32,000 nt of DNA from Candidatus Johnevansia muelleri (GTDB taxonomy: Bacteria; Pseudomonadota; Gammaproteobacteria; Johnevansiales; Johnevansiaceae): NCBI GenBank assembly GCA_000953435.1, contig LM655252.1, positions 180,001 to 212,000 on the forward strand, given 5' to 3'. Under the pieces are notes generated by a model. That model saw only the letters and a program-made list of their open reading frames with translations. It made no database searches and was not told where the DNA came from. Of the stretch, positions 28,219-32,000 are shown piece by piece (positions within the stretch are counted from its first letter, which is position 1; each line of letters opens with the position of its first letter). Both the position numbers and the translations under genes were made by a program.

Positions 28219-28609
28219 AATATAATATAAAATACGGGGGATATTTTTAAAAATTTGATATATACAATAAAATATACAAATTATAATAAATAAAATATAA
28301 TATAAAATACGGGGGATATTTTTAAAAATTTGATATATACAATAAAATATACAAATTATAATAAATAAAATATAATATAAAATACGGGGGATATTTTTAA
28401 AAATTTGATATATACAATAAAATATACAAATTATAATAAATAAAATATAATATAAAATACGGGGGGATATTTTTAAAAATTTGATATATACAATAAAATA
28501 TACAAATTATAATAAATAAAATATAATATAAAATACGGGGGGATATTTTTAAAAATTTGATATATACAATAAAATATACAAATTATAATAAATAAAATAT
28601 AATATAAAA
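28213..28609. repeat. Tandem array: 5 complete copies plus a 20-nt partial copy of a 75/76-bp unit
   Basis: Unit starts are at 28213, 28288, 28363, 28438, 28514 and 28590 (partial). Copies 1-3 carry a G5 run (75 bp) and copies 4-5 a G6 run (76 bp). Otherwise the copies look identical by eye. The unit is AAATAAAATATAATATAAAATAC(G5-6)ATATTTTTAAAAATTTGATATATACAATAAAATATACAAATTATAAT. Confidence 0.95.
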
Positions 28610-28612
28610 AAA

Positions 28613-29788
28613 TTAATTAATTAACCCCCATCCATAAGGGATGTGATTAATTTTTAATTGATTTTCAATTAATAAAAGTCTATTATATTTATATGCACTA
28701 TTAAAAAAAAATTTTATTTGACCAGTACAAGTACCAACAGATAAATCATAAATAATTGTATCATCTGGTTCTCCTTTATTTGAAATAATAACTGTATAAT
28801 TAAGTTTTTTTGCAATTTTAATAACATTTATAGTTTCTGTAATTGTACCAATTTTATTAAGTTTAATTAATATAGAATTATAATTATCTTTACCTTTTTC
28901 AAGTTCTTTTTTTATAAATAAATTATCATTAACTATTTGAATTTTTTTATTAATTTTATCATTTAATAGTTTTAAACCTGTACAATCTAATTCATTTATA
29001 GCATCTTCAATATAAAAAATATTATATTTTTTAATTAATTCTAATAAATAATTTATAAAACTTATTGTATTAAATATTTTACCATCAAATATATATTTAC
29101 CATTTTTATAAAATTTAGATGAAGCACAATTAATAGCTATTACAATTTCTTTTTCTAAATTGTAACCAGATTTATTTACAAAATTATGAATAATTTCTAA
29201 TATATCTGTATTATATAAAATATTATTTATACAAAATTTATATAAGCCTTTTGTATACAAAATATTTTTTAAATTATAAATAATATATGCTACAATACGT
29301 AATGCTTCACTAAAATTTTTTGCTTTAATTGGTTGAATCATTAATTCTATAATATCTATATTATTAGCATGTATATCAAAATTTATAATATTCATAATTG
29401 GCACAGGCATACAATATTTTCCAGGTTTACCATAAAGTTCAGAAATATATTCGTAAATTTCAAGTCCATTATTTTTTGCCGATACTTTAGTTACTGCTAT
29501 AGATACTGCTAAGATAGCCTCTAAATTATATTTATTATTTCCATCTATTTCAATCATTAATTTATCAATTTTATATTGATAATTTGAATCTAATCCTAAT
29601 AAATATTTACATATTTTTGTATTTATTAATTTTATTAATTTTTTAACAAAATATTTATCATATTTTTCATTTATAGGTACATAAGAAAATGACCGGACAC
29701 CATTTTGAAGTAAAATTTCTAAATAAATATTAGTATTTCCTCTATAATCAATTAATTCCCTTGCATGTATATCTATAATTTTAGACAT
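28613..29788 (-). CDS. eno: Enolase homolog, shortened and highly diverged; catalytic competence doubtful
   Basis: 391 aa. It shows clear collinear similarity to enolase: MSKIIDIHARELIDYRGN, AILAVSIA, GKYCMPVPIMNIIN, IELMIQP, CASSKFYKNGKY, YIEDA, ILIKLNKIGTITET, GQIK and KYNRLLLIE. However, several canonical motifs are missing or substituted (see findings). Confidence 0.7.
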   Translation of the reverse strand: MSKIIDIHARELIDYRGNTNIYLEILLQNGVRSFSYVPINEKYDKYFVKKLIKLINTKICKYLLGLDSNYQYKIDKLMIEIDGNNKYNLEAILAVSIAVTKVSAKNNGLEIYEYISELYGKPGKYCMPVPIMNIINFDIHANNIDIIELMIQPIKAKNFSEALRIVAYIIYNLKNILYTKGLYKFCINNILYNTDILEIIHNFVNKSGYNLEKEIVIAINCASSKFYKNGKYIFDGKIFNTISFINYLLELIKKYNIFYIEDAINELDCTGLKLLNDKINKKIQIVNDNLFIKKELEKGKDNYNSILIKLNKIGTITETINVIKIAKKLNYTVIISNKGEPDDTIIYDLSVGTCTGQIKFFFNSAYKYNRLLLIENQLKINHIPYGWGLIN

Positions 29789-29793
29789 AAAAA

Positions 29794-31005
29794 TTAATTA
29801 TAATTTATTATATTTAATGCATTGCAAAATCTAATCATGCCTTCTTCAATTTCTTCTAATTTTATTATTAATGGTGGAGTAAATCTTAATACACTATTAC
29901 CACCTGCAACAATAACCATAACACCTTGATTAAAAGTTTCTTTAATAATATTACGAACCTTTTTATTATATTTTTCTTTTATTTCAACTCCAATTAGTAA
30001 TCCAATACCACGTATATCTTTAAATATATTAAATTCATAATTTATTTCATTTATGCATTGCAAAAAAAAATCATTAAGGTTTTGTATACAACTTATAATT
30101 TCAATAGACGATATAATCTCAAAAGATGTATTTCCTAATGCACAAGCTAGAGGGTTACCTCCATAAGTAGATCCATGATTTCCAACAATAAATATATCTG
30201 CAATATTATTAGTAGTAAGCATAGCTGCTAATGGAAATCCTCCACCAATTGCTTTCGCTGATGTTAATATATCTGGTATAATATTATAGTGCATATAACT
30301 ATAAAGTTTACCAGTACGCCCCATCCCACACTGTACTTCATCAAAAATTAATAATGCGTTATAAGCATCACAGAGTTTACGAATACCATTTAAAAAATCA
30401 TTATTTGCAGTAATTACTCCACCTTCCCCTTGTATAGGCTCTAATATTACTGCACAAGTATTATTATTAATTAATTGGTATATACTCTCTAAATTATTAA
30501 ATTCAGCATGAATTATACCATTAGGCAATGGTCCAAAACCATTAGAATATTTTTTTTGCCCACCTATACTCATAGTCAAAAAAGTACGACCATGAAAAGA
30601 TTTTATAAATGATATTATTTGATATTTTTTTTTATTAATATTATTTGCATAACGACGTGCTAATTTAATAGCAGCTTCATTTGCTTCAGCACCAGAAGAA
30701 CAAAAAAAAACCTTATCAGCAAATGTATTATATATTATTTTATTAGCTAATTGTATAGCTGGTTCATTAGTATATACATTAGATATATGCCAAATTTTAT
30801 TTGATTGGTTTTTTAAAATTGATATCAATGCAGGATTACAATGACCCAATGAATTTACAGCTATTCCACTAGAAAAATCAATATATTCTTTACCATGTTG
30901 ATCCCATAGGATACTACCATATCCTTTAATTGGAATAGCATACTGTGGATAATAAGTGTGTAATATATATCTATCGAAGTCTTCACGTTGGGGAATAAAA
31001 TTCAT
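29794..31005 (-). CDS. argD: Acetylornithine aminotransferase (class III PLP aminotransferase; ArgD / possibly bifunctional ArgD-DapC)
   Basis: 403 aa. It contains GSILWDQHGKEYIDFSSGIAVNSLGH, FFCSSGAEANEAAIKLARRY, FDEVQCGMGRTG and the PLP-lysine context DILTSAKAIGGGFP. Confidence 0.85.
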   Translation of the reverse strand: MNFIPQREDFDRYILHTYYPQYAIPIKGYGSILWDQHGKEYIDFSSGIAVNSLGHCNPALISILKNQSNKIWHISNVYTNEPAIQLANKIIYNTFADKVFFCSSGAEANEAAIKLARRYANNINKKKYQIISFIKSFHGRTFLTMSIGGQKKYSNGFGPLPNGIIHAEFNNLESIYQLINNNTCAVILEPIQGEGGVITANNDFLNGIRKLCDAYNALLIFDEVQCGMGRTGKLYSYMHYNIIPDILTSAKAIGGGFPLAAMLTTNNIADIFIVGNHGSTYGGNPLACALGNTSFEIISSIEIISCIQNLNDFFLQCINEINYEFNIFKDIRGIGLLIGVEIKEKYNKKVRNIIKETFNQGVMVIVAGGNSVLRFTPPLIIKLEEIEEGMIRFCNALNIINYN

Positions 31006-31115
31006 TTTTAAAAAATATATTTATATATAAATATTACTTTTATACTATATTTAATATAGTTAAAAAAAATAAATATCAAATTTTAAATGTATTGTTTTAA
31101 TTAAGGATCATAATT

Positions 31116-32000
31116 ATGAAAATTTCTATTGTTGAATTTAATTATAATAAATATTATACTCCATGTCTAATTATATTCTTATTTAAAAGTTACAATGACA
31201 ATAAAAAAAATTTTAAAAAATTTGATGATAATCTTGTTAATATCATTATACGTTTAATTAAAAATGGTTATTTTACTGCTAATATAGGTGTTACTTTACT
31301 TATTCATGAAATTAAATTAAGTTATACAAAAATAATTTTATTAATAGGATTAGGAAAAAATATAAATATATATAATATTAGAAATATTATAAATACAATG
31401 TTTAAAGATATTATAAAATTAACAATAAATAGAATAGCAATTGTTATTAATGAACATACATTTACAAATTATGAAATTGAATTTCAAACACGTATAATTA
31501 GTGAACTGGCAATTATATATTCATATAACTATAATTTTAAAAATAAAAGTAAACAATTTAATGTTAGTTTACAACATATAGATTTATTATTTAATAATAG
31601 TTCTAAAATACAAATTATAGAAAATGCTATATTTATAGGAAAAGCTGTTGGTGAAGGAATTAATTATGCTAGAAAACTTAGTAATTTACCTAGTAACATT
31701 TGTACACCTCAATATATTTCTGATGAAGCATTAAAATTAAGTAAAAAAAATAATTTAAATATTACTATATATGATGAATTTGATATTAAAAATTTAGGTG
31801 CTAATGCTATTTATGCTGTAGGTAAAGGGAGTGAACAACCCCCACGTTTAATTATAATTGAATATATAGGATCAAAAAAAACTGACTCACCACATGTATT
31901 AGTTGGAAAAGGTGTTACTTTTGATACTGGGGGAATTTCAATTAAACCAAGTAATAATATGGAAAAAATGAAATTTGATATGTGTGGTGCTGCTAGTATT
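31116..32000 (+). CDS. pepA: Leucyl aminopeptidase (M17 family), N-terminal 295 aa; continues beyond the right edge
   Basis: It is absent from the ORF track because it has no stop in the window. The frame is open from ATG at 31116, with an AAGGA Shine-Dalgarno sequence 8 nt upstream. NLPSNICTP, VGKGVTFDTGGISIKP and MKFDMCGAA are the M17 catalytic-domain signatures. Confidence 0.9.
   Translation, partial: MKISIVEFNYNKYYTPCLIIFLFKSYNDNKKNFKKFDDNLVNIIIRLIKNGYFTANIGVTLLIHEIKLSYTKIILLIGLGKNINIYNIRNIINTMFKDIIKLTINRIAIVINEHTFTNYEIEFQTRIISELAIIYSYNYNFKNKSKQFNVSLQHIDLLFNNSSKIQIIENAIFIGKAVGEGINYARKLSNLPSNICTPQYISDEALKLSKKNNLNITIYDEFDIKNLGANAIYAVGKGSEQPPRLIIIEYIGSKKTDSPHVLVGKGVTFDTGGISIKPSNNMEKMKFDMCGAASI

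Noticed and set aside
28219-28443. One minus-strand frame is stop-free through the 75-bp units (LFIIICIFYCIYQIFKNIPRILYYI repeated), hinting at a repetitive hydrophobic peptide
   Set aside because: The unit has no ATG, GTG or TTG in that frame and no ribosome-binding site. The 76-bp units break the frame. One open frame out of six over 25 codons is not surprising by chance.
28213-28609. The tandem array might be a CRISPR locus
   Set aside because: The whole 75/76-bp unit is repeated identically, so there are no unique spacers between shorter repeats. No cas genes or leader are nearby. It is a plain tandem repeat.
31044-31060. 17-nt palindrome ACTATAT-TTA-ATATAGT in the argD-pepA divergent spacer, considered as a possible operator
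   Set aside because: It is AT-rich and short. Such palindromes are expected by chance at this base composition, and it does not resemble the ARG-box consensus.
1-32000. Alternative genetic code (UGA=Trp), as in some tiny symbionts
   Set aside because: All conserved genes are full length under the standard code, and TGA ends the sdhE ORF at a typical SdhE length. There is no sign of recoding.

Overview
This is a very AT-rich (by eye about 20-25% G+C), extremely gene-dense proteobacterial chromosome segment. It looks like a reduced-genome nutritional endosymbiont. I count 28 protein genes (two run off the window edges) and 6 tRNA genes. Most intergenic spacers are under 50 bp, several genes overlap or abut, and the proteins are enriched in N/K/I/Y/F. 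The genetic code is standard: ORFs are full length and TGA is used as a stop. The content is core housekeeping:
- Amino-acid biosynthesis: metZ, trpF, asd, leuB/D/C, aroC, lysC, argD.
- Folate: folC.
- TCA-related: fumC, mqo, sdhE.
- Translation and tRNA modification: metG, alaS, truA, tadA, trhO.
- Recombination and repair: recB, recA, mutS.
- Stress: htpG, cspA, grxD.
- Two ferredoxin-type proteins, an enolase homolog and pepA.
Gene order looks like a collapsed version of clusters known from Pseudomonas and Burkholderiales (leuCDB-asd-truA-trpF-...-folC-...-metZ; recA-alaS-lysC-tRNASer-tRNAArg; mutS-fdxA). I cannot decide between a beta- and a gammaproteobacterial origin from this window alone. 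I see no mobile elements, CRISPR, prophage, toxin or defence genes, and no convincing novel multi-gene system. The most unusual features are:
1. A perfectly homogeneous 75/76-bp tandem array fills the whole fdxA-eno spacer and is the only large noncoding tract in the window.
2. The adjacent enolase ORF is intact but appears to have lost several canonical catalytic motifs.
3. A 17-nt direct repeat lies just 3' of cspA.
4. Genes are packed at single-nucleotide resolution: the fumC stop shares a base with tRNA-Val, and the sdhE 3' end is antisense to a tRNA.
5. An RnfB-like ferredoxin has a shortened N-terminal Cys motif.
6. G9 homopolymers occur inside aroC.
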